NCBI GenBank assembly: GCA_964252035.1
Contig: OZ176203.1
Source of the DNA: Podarcis erhardii
Lineage: Eukaryota
Reading direction: 5' to 3' (one strand)
Length of the DNA: 64,000 nt
Positions 48,301 to 59,235 of the stretch are shown in pieces. Position 1 is the stretch's first letter. The number at the start of each line of letters is the position of its first letter. The notes beneath the pieces are model-generated. The model saw only the letters and a list, made by a program, of their open reading frames with translations. It ran no database searches and was not told where the DNA came from. Made by a program: the position numbers and the translations under genes.

Positions 48301-50557
48301 TGCCTTGGTTAGCAAACAAGGTACAGTATATGTTCCCCCCCAAAAAAATTTTGGGACAGGAGATACTCCACAATGCTCATTTTGTACAGCTCAAACTATC
48401 TTATAAAGGAGCACATTCATATTTCTAATGAAGTTAGCTTAAGCAATTTCTTTCAAGCCTCACCGTTACAAATTTATATAATTAAAAAAATGTACAAAGA
48501 ACTGGCAGGCTTCTACATTTTGTCTAAAACTCTTCTGGCTGCTGTTAAAGGTATTTCAGCATAAAGAGTATATTTTCAGTTGTAAAGCACATGTGGAAGA
48601 TTCCAGGTTCTGTCCCTGGGATCTTGAGGCAGGACTGGAAAGGTCTCCTGGCTGAAAGCTCCTGCAGAGCTCCTACTAGTCAATTTAAACCAGTGTTTCC
48701 AGCTGTTTTCGACTACAATTCCCATCATCCCTAGCCAGCAAGACCAGTGGTCAGGGATGATGGGAATTGTAGTCTGAAAACAGCTGGAAACACTGGTTTA
48801 AATTGACTAGTAGGAGCTCTGCAGGAGGCTCTGGGCACTTATCACTAATTAAAGCACAGCCGCTTAACTTTCATATCCAGGATCAGGACCTAGCAATACT
48901 CCTGGGCTGTGGAGTAGCAAGAGTTCACACTGCTGCTCTGGTGCTGCTTTTAAAAACTGAGGCAGGGTGGCAGTGCCCACAACACCTCAAAGACTACCTT
49001 CTTGCCACTGCATGCTTGCACCAGATAGAAACTGGAGGAAGATGGTTTTTTCTCACATCACAATTACAAGCAAGCTCTGTCTTGTTTGTTTGTTTGTTTG
49101 CAGAACATCACTGTAGTTGCGGCATAAGTCTGTTTCCTCTGTTAAGTGCCTTTAGCAGCTGATAGCATCACAATTGTATCTTACTACAGGAATAACAAAA
49201 CTATCACCCATACGTAGCTCAAACCGCTAGCCAGAAATCACCATTTTCCATCAGAAATGCAAGTTTTATTTCACTGTCCATACAAATGCACATGCAAATG
49301 CAAGCAAAGTATTTAAATGAGAACTATTTTAAAGATAAGCTTAATTCTCCCTACTGAACTTAAGCTCACTCAGTGTAGCAGAGTGGAATAAGATATAATT
49401 CCACACGCAGTGAGCCTCTTCATGTTCAGAGAAGGCAAAACATTTTCAATATGACTATACAGCAGGAAGAGATGAAACACAAAACTGACAAATAACGTAA
49501 GCAGCAGTAACATCCCACACACTGGTGCTTCTTGCAATCAGAAACAGAGCTACAATGGTAACAGCCTGCCTTGGGCTTACCTCTCCTATGAAGACAACCA
49601 TAACACAGTCTAGTTTCTCTTCTGGAGACAGCTTGTCAATCAGTGAGTGAAGAGTTTCTGTAAGGTAAGATTTTACTTTTCTCTTTACAGTCGGAATTCC
49701 CATTACTATAGAAACTGAAAAACAACAATGAGCAATTCACTCGGGTGGTTTGAACAGGAAAGAATGTGGTTTGTTATGCAAGGTGTAAAAATACTTTAAA
49801 ACATAACAGAGTGAAACAGGGCATAATCAAGGGGTGATTCTTTTGTTGTTTGATTTGGATTTCGGTGTAAAGGAACAAAAACAATTTCAATACTACAGGT
49901 ATGATCAAAACAGGAAGCATACATTTGGGCGGGGGGGGTACTCTTATGGGTGGTGTGTTTGTATAAAAGTCTCAGTTTTTGTTTCAGCCTCTCTTTGGTC
50001 AGGAAAATTGAATTTTGTTCAAATGTTGGATTGTGCAAGATACAACATTCCCCCCCAAAAGGCTCCCTTTACTCTGAGTTTTTCATAGCTACATAGCTCC
50101 TATCCATTATGACTAATCCAAAATCAGCATCACCTACTTTTTCTTCCTCAGTTCCTGTACAGTAATTGAAACCCCTTCCCCAATCAACTTTATTAACACA
50201 AGCAGCCTCCTCAGTCAATGGGTGGTAAGAAACCATTGGAGAACAACTGAAAAACCATCACAGTTTTTTTTTTTTTAGGGAAGCTGCTGAGCTGGTTGTC
50301 TGAAGCTGTCCCAGAACTGCCATCTTTTCTTTTTACAGATTTTAAGTTGGATTTTTGCCAACAAGTGTATGATACAAGTCATACAAGTCACTTGCCTGAT
50401 GAAACCCTTTCCATTAAAAAGAGTTTTCATGCATACATATAAACCATATGTATAAACCATAATGCTTGATCATGTGCCTTTCATACCTGACATGCATTAA
50501 AACACACACCTCTCGTTAAATCCAAACAGTACAAAATCCACAAATGCAAAGCCTCTC

Positions 50558-50596
<39 letters not shown>

Positions 50597-51890
50597 AAAG
50601 CCAACCAACAGAAGTTGGATTATGAAAACTTTGGGCTACTAGATAATGCAGACTTAACAATCCATGCAGAGCAACGGATGTGAAAATAATGTTTTGCAGA
50701 CAGACATCCATAATTCAATAGTGAACATTTCTCAGGAGATGTCTTCATGACTCAAGTCCTACTAATCTGTTTTGCAGGACTGGCATTCAGTAGCATAACA
50801 TGAAAGAATCAAAACTGAAGGAGAATGTACAACCCATTTACCTTGGGCCAAAGATCTACTTACGCAGTGAGTCTTCCTTCATTTTCTCAACAACTCCTCT
50901 GTACCTTATGAAATACTATACAGGTCACTTCACACACCAAATTTTTCTGGGTGCAATTTCAGAACAAGAAGCACACATTTACCATCATGGTTTATAAACA
51001 ACCAGTGAACCATGGCTTGCAAGTGTGGTTTGTTTGTGATTAACAAACCATAGTTATAACACTGGGCCAGGTTCAGATGGTCAAGTTATAAACCATGGTT
51101 TAGTGTCATGTGGGAACCAGGCCAATGTCTGAAGTGCACTGTTAGTTTTCCTTACTACGTATAACACCATCCTATTGACACGGGAGTGTCAGAGACAATT
51201 TCTTGATGGGGCTGCAGAGGAGTTGGCAAGGAGAAAAATAAATAATAGTCCCCACTGTGCATGCAAAAAAATTAATAAGCAGCAGTTGCATTGGTCTCCT
51301 TGGACCAAGGTGATTATATTTTATTGGAACTACTTTGTGTACTTTAAACACTTGCCAAAAAAAGCAATAAGCAACTAAAGGAGACCCAGTTACCTACCCC
51401 TATATTCCACATTCTACAGTCCCTACACAGGATGGAAACAATGGGCAGGACTGACTTAATGTGCCCATCAGTGGAACCCTGTGCAAGGATCTCCACTTGT
51501 CCAAAGGGGCTTCCCCACCTCTCCTCCCCCATGCCCCCCAATTGGTTCTGGGGGGGTCAGGAGAGCCTCCAGAAGAGCATGCGGGGAGAGGGGAAGGGAG
51601 GAGGGTCATTCCATCTGGCAAGCTGTAATTGCTTGCACAGATGGAACGTTTGTAACAGCACAACATTGAATTCCACCCCAGCCTACTAATTTGTGAGCAT
51701 GTGGAAAAACCCATGCATTGTTATTTTTAAAAACTTAATTTAAGAACAGGCATGCTGCTTTAAATTAGTGGGGGTTTTTTATTATACCTTAACATCAAAA
51801 GTGTGGGATCTGCATGAGACAATAAAAGAGAAGGTTAAAGACAAGCTTCTTCGACCTTGGATTCAACCTGAATTCTAAGAGACAGCTAAC

Positions 51891-51931
<41 letters not shown>

Positions 51932-54602
51932 TTATTATTTATACCCCGCCCATCTGGCTGAGTTTCCCCAGCCACCCTGGGCGGCTCCCAATCAGTATTA
52001 AAAACAATACAGCATTACATATTAAAAACATCCCTGAACAGGGCTGCCTTAAGATGTCTTCTGAACGTCAGGTAATTCTTTATCTCTTTGACATCTGATG
52101 GGAGGGTGCTCCACAGGGCGGGCGCCACTACCGAGAAGGCCCTCTGTCTGGTTCCCTGTAGCCTCACTTCTCGCAATGAGGGAACCGCCAGAAGGCCCTC
52201 GGCGCTGGATCTCAGTGTCCGGGCTGAACGATGGGGGTGGAGACGCTCCTTCAGGTATACAGGACCGAGGCCGTTTAGGGCTTTAAAGGTCAGCACCAAC
52301 ACTTTGAATCGTGCTCGGAAACGTACTGGGAGCCAATGCAGATCTCTCAGAACCGGTGTTGTGTGGTCCCGGCGGCCACTCCCAGTCACCAGTCTAGCTG
52401 CCGCATTCTGGATTAATTGCAGTTTCCGGGTCACCTTCAAAGGTAGCCCCACGTAGAGCGCATTGCAGTAGTCCAAGCGTGAGATAACTAGAGCATGCAC
52501 CACTCTGGCGAGACAGTCCGCGGGGAGGTAGGGTCTTAGCCTGCGTACCAGGTGGAGCTGGTAGACAGCTGCCCTGGACACAGAGTTAATCTGCGCCTCC
52601 ATGGACAGCTGTGAGTCCAAAATGACTCCCAGGCTGCGCACCTGGTCCTTCAGGGGCACAGTTACCCCATTCAGGACCAGGGAATCCTCCACACCTGCCC
52701 GCCTCCTGTCCCCCAAAAACAGTACTTCTGTCTTGTCAGGATTCAACCTCAATCTGTTAGCCGCCATCCAAACTCCAACCGCCTCCAGGCACTCACACAG
52801 GACCTTCACCGCTTTCACTGGTTCTGATTTAAAGGAGAGGTAGAGCTGGGTGTCATATAGATTCCTATATCTCTTGTCTGCGAGTAGTCGTGTACTGAGC
52901 CTTTTTGCTACAGCCACAAGGGTTTGTATACATCTTTAAGTGCATCAATCATAGAAATATTGTCAGTTTTACCTCCGGTTCTTCCAAGGCCAACCTGCAC
53001 CGAAGGTCGAAGGCTTCCTTCATTTTTCAATAAATGAGGCAAGTGGTAATATATATTTGGCACTTGAAGAGCTTTCCTGCTTGTTAACTCCTTTAGCAGT
53101 TTTAACGTTTCGTCTGAAAACAAATATATACATTATATAGCTATGCAGCCATCCTACCAAAATGGACCCTAGCCAAGTATCTAACCCAAAGTGTAAGGAA
53201 CTGTACACATTTCACAGGTTTATATGAAACAGAATATTTTTTAAAAAAAAATCTAAAATAAAAGCAATAGTCATAGAATGTAACAAAATAGTGGTTTGCC
53301 TGGGAATGGAAGCAGCATTCTGTGAAACATTTGAAAGTCGGCTACACAAATGAAGAGGGCTTGTTGCTCTTTTTCAAACTAATGCAGCTTAGGTCCCCAC
53401 CTAATGCCCTGTACATTTAAAGCATTGTATGACCACTTTAAACAGCCCCTAAGAATCCTGAGAACTGTAGTTTGTTAAGGGTGCTGAGAGTTCTAGGGAA
53501 ACTTCTGTTTCTACAATTCCAAGGGTGGTTTTACAACCAATCCCTCTGCCTGGGGAATGCTGGCAATTGCAGTTCTGTGTAAGCTAAGTATACTAAAGTA
53601 GAATTGTTTTCCAGTCTAACCAATTGCACTACTACATTAACTTACATGGGTTTAAGAAACAGTTGTCATTACGAAAACAAAGCCTAGATGAGTTTTTGCA
53701 CCTGAGGGAGTCCAATCTGGTTTTATGTATTCCCCCCCCCCCCCGGCCGCCCCATGGTTAATCTATAATGAAGTCACCAAAGCAAGAAGTTTGGCACCAG
53801 GGGGCTTTAAAAGAGAACGTGCCCCCCCACTGGCCCAAATGGATAAATTCTCTGCACACATTATACAGAGATCAAATCCAGAATCCTCCATGGAACCAAA
53901 TCATATCTCAAGACGCTGGAAATAAGAAAGAATGCAAATATAGTCAAGCAGTTGACATCTGTCACGGATGCTTTAGCTGAGATTCCTGCATTGCAGGCAG
54001 TTGGACTACATGACCCCTGGGGGTCCCTTCCAACGTTACAATAAATGACATTTATTCCTGTACTGGGAAAATGAAATTTTATTTAGGTATTCATAGCCTG
54101 GATATCAGGTTGCTTCACCAAAGCAACAAAAACCAGGTAATAATCTCTAGATGCAAGGTATAGTGTATTTCCTTCATGTTCAAACATTCAGCACAGAGCA
54201 AGAAATTGGATCCTGTGCAAATCTGAATCTGAGAACTTGCTTCTCACACGCACTCTAAAGGTGGAACAAAGTTAATTCTGAAGGAAAGAGCAAGGAAGGA
54301 AATATTAGCTAGTTTTTATTTACAAACTCGTGTCAACAAATGAATATTTACAAATGCACAAGGAGAAAACATGTCAATCTTTGATTTGTATTTTTAAAGA
54401 AACATTAATAATAAACAAGAAAATTAGCCTGTACCTGAAACACTGCTCAGTGCATCCTTACTTCCATTTGTTTCTGCGACTGCCCGTCTGAACTGCTCCA
54501 AGATGGCATTTAATTCAGAAGAACGCTGCAGGGTTCGGTGCTCAGCTACGCGAAGACGTTCTTTCAAAGCATGAAATTCCCTTTGATAAGCAATCAGCTT
54601 TT
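26348..54602 (-). CDS. MGAT4A: Alpha-1,3-mannosyl-glycoprotein 4-beta-N-acetylglucosaminyltransferase A (GnT-IVa); 14 coding exons, 5' end outside window
   Basis: Exons of 168,141,134,47,114,76,115,131,108,194,79,67,113,27 nt (1514 nt) splice in one frame from [10 protein letters not shown] to IHIKKLPN*. The peptide includes [26 protein letters not shown] and [10 protein letters not shown]. No exon encoding the N-terminal MRLRNG transmembrane segment was found up to 64000. Confidence 0.97.
27030..27281. mobile_element. hAT MITE
   Basis: catgggtaggcaaact...agtttgctgacccctg; TSD tcataggg / tcatagag. Confidence 0.8.
27336..27388. repeat. Compound (CA)n(GA)n microsatellite
   Basis: Direct reading. 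Confidence 0.95.
27614..27726 (-). CDS. MGAT4A: MGAT4A exon 15 (113 nt)
   Basis: gctttctgaag|GC AAA...GAG|gtaaga; (G)[37 protein letters not shown]. Confidence 0.95.
28450..28706. mobile_element. Palindromic non-autonomous DNA element (unclassified)
   Basis: Terminal inverted repeat cccatctgcactata / tatagtgcaaatggg; internal gggaattgtag / ctacaattccc repeats; related decayed copy at about 53395-53580. Confidence 0.65.
28786..28852 (-). CDS. MGAT4A: MGAT4A exon 14 (67 nt)
   Basis: ctcgcttttcag|AGT...ATA G|gtaaca; [22 protein letters not shown]. Confidence 0.95.
30343..30421 (-). CDS. MGAT4A: MGAT4A exon 13 (79 nt)
   Basis: cacttttatag|A TTC...AAG|gtatga; [26 protein letters not shown]. Confidence 0.96.
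30993..31223. mobile_element. Tc1/mariner-pogo MITE, same family as 1563-1758, opposite orientation
   Basis: CAGTGGTACCTC...CGTACCACTG|TA; internal gttaagaac motifs shared with 1563-1758; a tandem acagacgcttcaggtt duplication. Confidence 0.85.
32672..32995. mobile_element. Tc1/mariner-pogo MITE (324 bp, AT-rich interior)
   Basis: TA|CAGTGGTACCTCGCAAGACGAA...TTCGTCTTGCGAGGTACCACTG|TA, perfect TIR of 22 bp or more; repeated TCGTCTTGCG subterminal motifs. Confidence 0.92.
33049..33646. mobile_element. Tc1/mariner-pogo MITE (598 bp), same ends as 32672-32995, inverted, with a GC-rich hairpin-repeat interior
   Basis: TA|CAGTGGTGCC...GGCACCACTG|TA; both ends align to the opposite ends of the neighbouring element. 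Confidence 0.9.
35483..35676 (-). CDS. MGAT4A: MGAT4A exon 12 (194 nt)
   Basis: tctttttag|GAT...GAA AG|gtaagt; [64 protein letters not shown](R). Confidence 0.96.
36442..36549 (-). CDS. MGAT4A: MGAT4A exon 11 (108 nt)
   Basis: tttcttttcag|AAA...ACA|gtgagt; [36 protein letters not shown]. Confidence 0.96.
37715..37853. mobile_element. Older palindromic hAT MITE
   Basis: cagtgatggagaacctgtgccc...gggccacaggttcctcacccttg; TSD tgctaagc / cactaagc. Confidence 0.75.
38026..38156 (-). CDS. MGAT4A: MGAT4A exon 10 (131 nt)
   Basis: ttttatttccag|GT AAA...GCA|gtaagt; (G)[43 protein letters not shown]. Confidence 0.96.
39712..39826 (-). CDS. MGAT4A: MGAT4A exon 9 (115 nt)
   Basis: ctcccttag|CTT GAG GAT GAC...ATT G|gtaaga; [38 protein letters not shown]. 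Confidence 0.96.
42073..42148 (-). CDS. MGAT4A: MGAT4A exon 8 (76 nt)
   Basis: aatttcag|A TGG...CAG|gtaaat; [25 protein letters not shown]. Confidence 0.96.
42683..42796 (-). CDS. MGAT4A: MGAT4A exon 7 (114 nt)
   Basis: tacag|G TTT...GTC AG|gtaaga; [37 protein letters not shown](R). Confidence 0.96.
42978..43113. mobile_element. Palindromic hAT MITE (136 bp), same family as 17423-17558
   Basis: Perfect TSD GCTTAACC; colinear with the 17.4-kb copy. Confidence 0.92.
43637..43683 (-). CDS. MGAT4A: MGAT4A exon 6 (47 nt)
   Basis: tttttctccccctag|ACA GAT...AAG GA|gtaagt; [15 protein letters not shown](E). Confidence 0.95.
43817..45942. mobile_element. Non-autonomous hAT (Buster/Charlie-like) element, 2126 bp, with an internal tandem array
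   Basis: 15-bp perfect TIR CAGTGTTTCCCAACC / GGTTGGGAAACACTG; perfect 8-bp TSD ATTTAAAT (43809-43816, 45943-45950); no transposase ORF. Confidence 0.93.
43999..45458. repeat. GC-rich tandem array, 118-bp unit, 12 full copies plus a partial copy
   Basis: Unit starts at 43999, 44117, 44238 (3-bp insertion in unit 2), 44356, 44474, 44592, 44710, 44828, 44946, 45064, 45182, 45300, 45418. Confidence 0.97.
46328..46515 (+). mobile_element. CR1 LINE ORF2 C-terminal fragment
   Basis: [40 protein letters not shown] matches the CR1 consensus MIKGLE.LSYEERL.ELGLFSLEKRRLRGD...YKYLKG. Confidence 0.88.
47589..47943 (+). mobile_element. Sauria SINE (POM-like), full length
   Basis: tRNA-like head GGGACGCAGGTGGCGCTGTGG with A box and B-box-like GATTCAAATCC; (CCTTTA)n tail; TSD tagggggctaaa / taggaggctaaa with 1 mismatch. 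Confidence 0.9.
48585..48690 (+). mobile_element. Degenerate tRNA-derived SINE fragment (Squam-like)
   Basis: ccaggttctgtccctgggatct...ggactggaaaggtctcctggctgaaa resembles the B-box region and body of squamate tRNA SINEs (from memory). Confidence 0.4.
48691..48795. mobile_element. Palindromic hAT MITE with shortened ends, embedded in a larger fold-back palindrome
   Basis: Core gactacaattcccatcatccct...agggatgatgggaattgtagtc is related to the 17423 and 42978 copies; no TSD. Confidence 0.75.
49581..49714 (-). CDS. MGAT4A: MGAT4A exon 5 (134 nt)
   Basis: tttttcag|TT TCT...GAG|gtaagc; (V)[44 protein letters not shown]. Confidence 0.96.
50558..50595. repeat. (ATT)n microsatellite
   Basis: Direct reading. 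Confidence 0.95.
51891..52856 (-). mobile_element. L2-clade LINE, 5'-truncated 3' end (RT C-terminus plus (ATT)n tail)
   Basis: Uninterrupted frame DTQLYLSF...RLNPDKTE...LGVILDSQL...SRLDYCN...IQNAAARL...LHWLP...AFSVVAP typical of L2 ORF2; 3' stem region followed by an ATT-repeat tail; breaks inside YADD. Confidence 0.92.
52973..53113 (-). CDS. MGAT4A: MGAT4A exon 4 (141 nt)
   Basis: ttttcag|AC GAA...GGA G|gtaaaa; (D)[46 protein letters not shown]. Confidence 0.96.
53943..54040 (+). mobile_element. CR1 3' terminal fragment
   Basis: gattcctgcattgcagg...ttggacta.atgacc...gtcccttccaac is a typical CR1 3' UTR end. Confidence 0.6.
54435..54602 (-). CDS. MGAT4A: MGAT4A exon 3 (168 nt)
   Basis: ttccacttctag|AA AAG...TCA G|gtacag; (E)[55 protein letters not shown]. 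Confidence 0.96.
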
Positions 54603-54883
54603 CTAGAAGTGGAAATAATGCAGGTTATTCACTGTTTTAAGTCTGTCATGACATATGTGAACGCTGCTTCTCCTGTAAAAAAAATGTTTTCATTTCAAGG
54701 AAATAACACAGAGACTCCAATCTAGTAATATAACATTTCTTCAGATACAATTTAGCAGGTGGAAATAGACCGAAGGACTTATCTGCACTATAGGAAGGAG
54801 AACCAAGAAGAAATACAATTACACTGTAACAGTATTATTTTGCAAAATGAGTCTTTGTGAATATGTTCATGTATACTGTTATT

Positions 54884-55242
54884 GGTGGCGCTGTGGGTTA
54901 AACCACAGAGCCTAGGACTTGCCGATCAGAAGGTTGGCGGTTCAAATCCCCGCGACCGGGTAAGCTCCCGTTGCTCAGTCCCTGCTCCTGGCAACCTAGC
55001 AGTTTGAAAGCACGTCAAAGTGCAAGTAGATAAATAGGCACCACTCCGGTGGGAAGGTAAACGGCGTTTCCGTGTGTTGCTCTGGTTCGCCAGAAGAGGC
55101 TTAGTCATGTTGGCCACATGACCCGGAAGCTGTCTGCGGACAAACGCCGGCTCCCTTGGCCTATAGAGCAAGATGAGCGCGCAACCCCAGAGTCGGTCAC
55201 GACTGGACCTAATGGTCAGGGATCCCTTTACCTTTACCTTTA
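54884..55242 (+). mobile_element. Sauria SINE (POM-like), near full length
   Basis: Colinear with the 47589 copy; GGTTCAAATCC B box; CCTTTA x3 tail. Confidence 0.9.
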
Positions 55243-56882
55243 CTGGTTTTATGTCATCAGTTTTAACTTGTATGAATGGGAGGAGAGTGAGCGAGTCTTT
55301 GGAAAGGTGGCTCTGCAACATTGCCAGAGTCAGGAAAAGCAAATTCTAGTGACTGATGACAACAAACAGGACTTCATTTTAAGCAAAACATAAAATTAAA
55401 GGCCAACATCATTCCTTGGGGAGAGGAAACTGCACATTCCAGAGCATCTGTGCCCATTTGACTAGACCCTAAAAGTACAGTATAAGGAAAGAGCTCGTGA
55501 CCTTTGATTCCTGTAGCAAGAAGAAATCTTGCAATCCCAAGACCTAGAGGCATTCGGAAGGGGGCCCGAAAGATGATGCAAGGATCTTGCAATCTTCCAA
55601 GTCTGCTTTGCAGTCTAGAGAACAACTACAATCAAGACTGTGCCATGTAGTTAAAAGACTGAGCTGAGAGTGTAAGAATGTTGGTGTCTGGAGCAAAAAC
55701 CTAGGCAGTGCCCCACAATGCAGTATGGCACTTCAGCATGGTTGCATTCTTGTCACTTTATGAAACTCAGAGGTTATGGGTGGCATCTCTGAATGGAAGA
55801 AGCTTTTCTCTTCAAAGACATACTTCTTCCACCCACAGAGTGACAATTTCAACTGCTACCCATTACGCATAGAAATGCTTAGTGGCTTTCCCACTCCCCA
55901 CCCCCATATTGTTCTGATCTTAGCATCATAACCTAGGGATACTATATGCAATTTGTAGTTGAGCGTCGGAGCAACCCAACATTGTAGCACTAAAAGTTCT
56001 GGGCAAACATCCAACCTGTTCTCTCAGTATAAGAAAACAAAAGAAAAGTGACGAAGCTCAGTTTTGATTCGTAACACAGGCAACAACAGGGTTCAAGGAA
56101 GTAACCCCGTTAGTTCCACGAACCCTAGTTTCACCTTATGAACCTCCTATAGTCTGCTTCTTTTGGCTTAGATGTATTTACAAAGAGGAGAAAGAACAGG
56201 CATTCCTGTGGTTAAGAATCTGTACACTCAGGTGGTGCATGAGCCAAGTTCTTACAGGTAGTAAACCTCCATATGCATTGCAACACTCCAGATCGTGCAT
56301 AAGGATTCACATGCCAAGGTTCCCCCCATACAAGGAATCCCCTGCTCACAGAAAACCTAGGTATCAAGAATAAAGGTTTCTCTCCCCCAGCTCCATGGAG
56401 AAGCATGCAGTCATGTGATCTCCCCCCACACACACACACTACCAATATGACCCTAGCTTCTCAGTTGCCAGGTGGGCACATTGTAGGATAAACTCCTGAT
56501 GGAACCATTCATGACTTCCATTATTCCTAACCAACTTCTAAATTAAGTACAGTGGAACCTCAGTTGTCAAATTTTTATCTGTGTTGTTTTAAATGAGACC
56601 ATCTTGACTGTGAGCCCTGGAAGACCTGCACCCTGCCTTGCTGGCCCTTTCCCATCTGGCCTGGGAGAATGGAGTGCTGACTGACTCCAGCTACAAAAGC
56701 TATTTTGTTGTGTACTTTTTGATATGTTTTATTTATTGTTTATGACTTCTGTTATATTTGTAACTATGTAAATCTTGTCATGTTGAAAGCTACCTTGAGC
56801 ATAATTTCAACTATGGAAAGGCAGCAAACAAATAAAATGATAATGATGATGATGATGTTGATGATGATGTTGATGATACAGG

Positions 56883-57426
56883 CAGTGCTTGAAATCAGCC
56901 AGGTGCCAGACACATTTTGCACCTGGCTATTGACCACTTGCGACCAAGTGAAGATGCCTGGGCACCAGGATGGGCCTAACATCTCCATCATCTAGAGGTG
57001 CACACCTGGGGATCATTGGATCTTGACTGTTTTCACACACTGATACCACAACCTGTAGAATACTATCTGTTATATTTTATCTGCTCAATTGGTATAAATT
57101 GCAGGAACCAAAACGCTTTTTCTGTGCAGCCTGAGCAGGAGCAGTCACCATTAAGAAAAAGAGGTAGGTATAGCCCAATATTTATGTGGACTGTCCCTGG
57201 ATCAAGTGCCTTTTCTTCTTTGAGTTCTCAGAGTTCTTAACCTAGCTCAAGGTTGTAATCTGAACTAGCCAGATGTTCAACTGAGAATCAATCAGTCAGT
57301 CCATCATTTGAAAAATAAGACTTTAGAGCCATCTTGCCCCAAAATGGCAACTAGACATTCCGTTCTGGTGACTGTAACCTTGGTTTAAGGAGCCATTTGG
57401 TGCCTAACGTATGTATCTGAGTTTCT
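56883..57426 (+). mobile_element. Unclassified interspersed element, probably hAT-derived; copy 1
   Basis: About 200 bp colinear with 60144-60350, plus a shared 3' block aaccttggtttaaggagccatttggtgccta. Confidence 0.55.
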
Positions 57427-57880
57427 AACAGGCAAGGCTCTTGAAGCTGAAAACACACTTTCATATTACTCCTACAATATGGTGGCAAGGCCACTAAATA
57501 GCAAGGACTCCAATTCCTCTTGCTTCTCATTTGCCTCCGATTCCTCTAGCTTCAGCATCAAGTGAAATAAACTGCTATTTTTTAAAGAAAAACAGATTTG
57601 CATGCCATCAAGAAACAAAAATCCATTAAAAACTCCATTTAAAAAAAATACATGCAGCACAACTTTCAGAACCAGAAGCGAAACTAGTTATCTTTCAGAC
57701 TCTGAAATTTTAGTTATGCTAGAATCATCTACTTGGTAGTGCTTCTTTTGCGGGTTGGCATCTTTACCACCAGCCAACCACCAATTTTATCTGCAGAATC
57801 TCACTTCCATGCTCTGGAAGGAAGTGCTTGAACTATGCCATCAACTGCCTGGGGCCAGGGAACCTGCTATACCCATGCTA

Positions 57881-58227
57881 TAATAAATAATAATAATAAT
57901 AATAATTTATTATTTATGCCCCGCCCATCTGGCTGGGCTTCCCCAGCCACTCTGGGCGGCTTCCAAAAAAAATTAAAATACTATAATACATCGAACATTA
58001 AAAACTTCCCTAAACAGGGCTGCCTTCAGATGTCTTCTGAAAGTCTGGTAGTTGTTATTCTCTTTGACATCTGGTGGGAGGGCGTTCCACAGGGAAGGCG
58101 CCACTACCGAGAAGGCCCTCTGCCTGGTTCCCTGTAACTTGGCTTCTCGCAGTGAGGGAACTGCCAGGAGGCCCTCAGTGCTGGACCTCAGTGTCCGGGT
58201 AGAACGATGGGGGTGGAGACGCTCCTT
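57881..58227 (-). mobile_element. L2 3' fragment, same family as 51891-52856
   Basis: Near-identical to 51930-52255 including the tail. Confidence 0.88.
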
Positions 58228-59029
58228 ATGCTATGCCCATAATGTAATTGTATCTGTGTATGGATTTTAATTGTTAGTTACTTGGGAAGTCAATGCTGGC
58301 TGAAAAGCAGGGGATAAATAGGATAAATAAACACAGCCCCCCTCTTCCTTCCTTCACTAATCACAACAAAATAATATAACTAGGGGCAGAATCCCTACCA
58401 GATCAATTTTAGATGAGTTTGAGGGATGTGTGGGGTTTTTTGCAACTTAGCTACTGCCTAGAAAGCTCAATCTCAATGTCAGTTGATTGAGGTTTACCAT
58501 TACAGTACCAGTTGCTGGCCTTAGAATTGCTTTATTATGTCTCCTTCACTAGACTGTAGAGTTGCAGCCAAAGAATCACATTTTTTCATTCTTTTGCAAC
58601 AGGACTAAATAAGCCTTTGGCCTTCAGAAATAAGATTGTGTTATCCTTGGCAAGGATGAGGACAGGAGATTATTTCTGTTAAGAATTCCAGAAATCCTAT
58701 GACTTCCTCCGTTCTTGAATTACACTAACCTTTTTTTTTATCCCTAAAGCCTGGTTATCAGTGATAAAATACATTTTTAAAAGAGCTTTCCCCCCATTTT
58801 GTTTAATACTTCCTACTGACAACTTCCTTTCCTTAAATATGAATGCCCTGGTGGCTGTACTGCCTGATTTGGCCTCAGAGGAAAAACTCATTCTTCAGTT
58901 ACAGCTTACAACAGACATTTATTTAACATTTGCACTGGTACAGCATACAAGTCTAGCCAAACAAGTGTGACCATGGTCAGAGACTATCACGAGTCAAACC
59001 CAGAGACAGTCTAAACATGTGGTAAGTCA

Positions 59030-59235
59030 GATCCTAGAACTGCAGTGTCAGAAGGGACCTCAGATGTCATCTAGTCTAACTCCCAGCTCAATGCAAAATC
59101 TGTAATGCAGGATACAACTACAGCATCCTTGGCAGATGTATATCCAGCCTTCACTCAAATATTTCCATATTTTAAAAATATTTTTAATGATACTATTCCA
59201 AACACCACATCCACTCCCCAGACAAGAAAAGGGCA
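59030..59235 (-). mobile_element. Degenerate CR1 3' fragment
   Basis: agaactgcagtgtcagaagggacctcagatgtcatctagtctaac is the reverse complement of a CR1 3' end. Confidence 0.5.

Noticed and set aside
52015-52917. 300-aa minus-strand ORF as a host gene
   Set aside because: GTG start in unique intron sequence running into a truncated L2 reverse-transcriptase tail.
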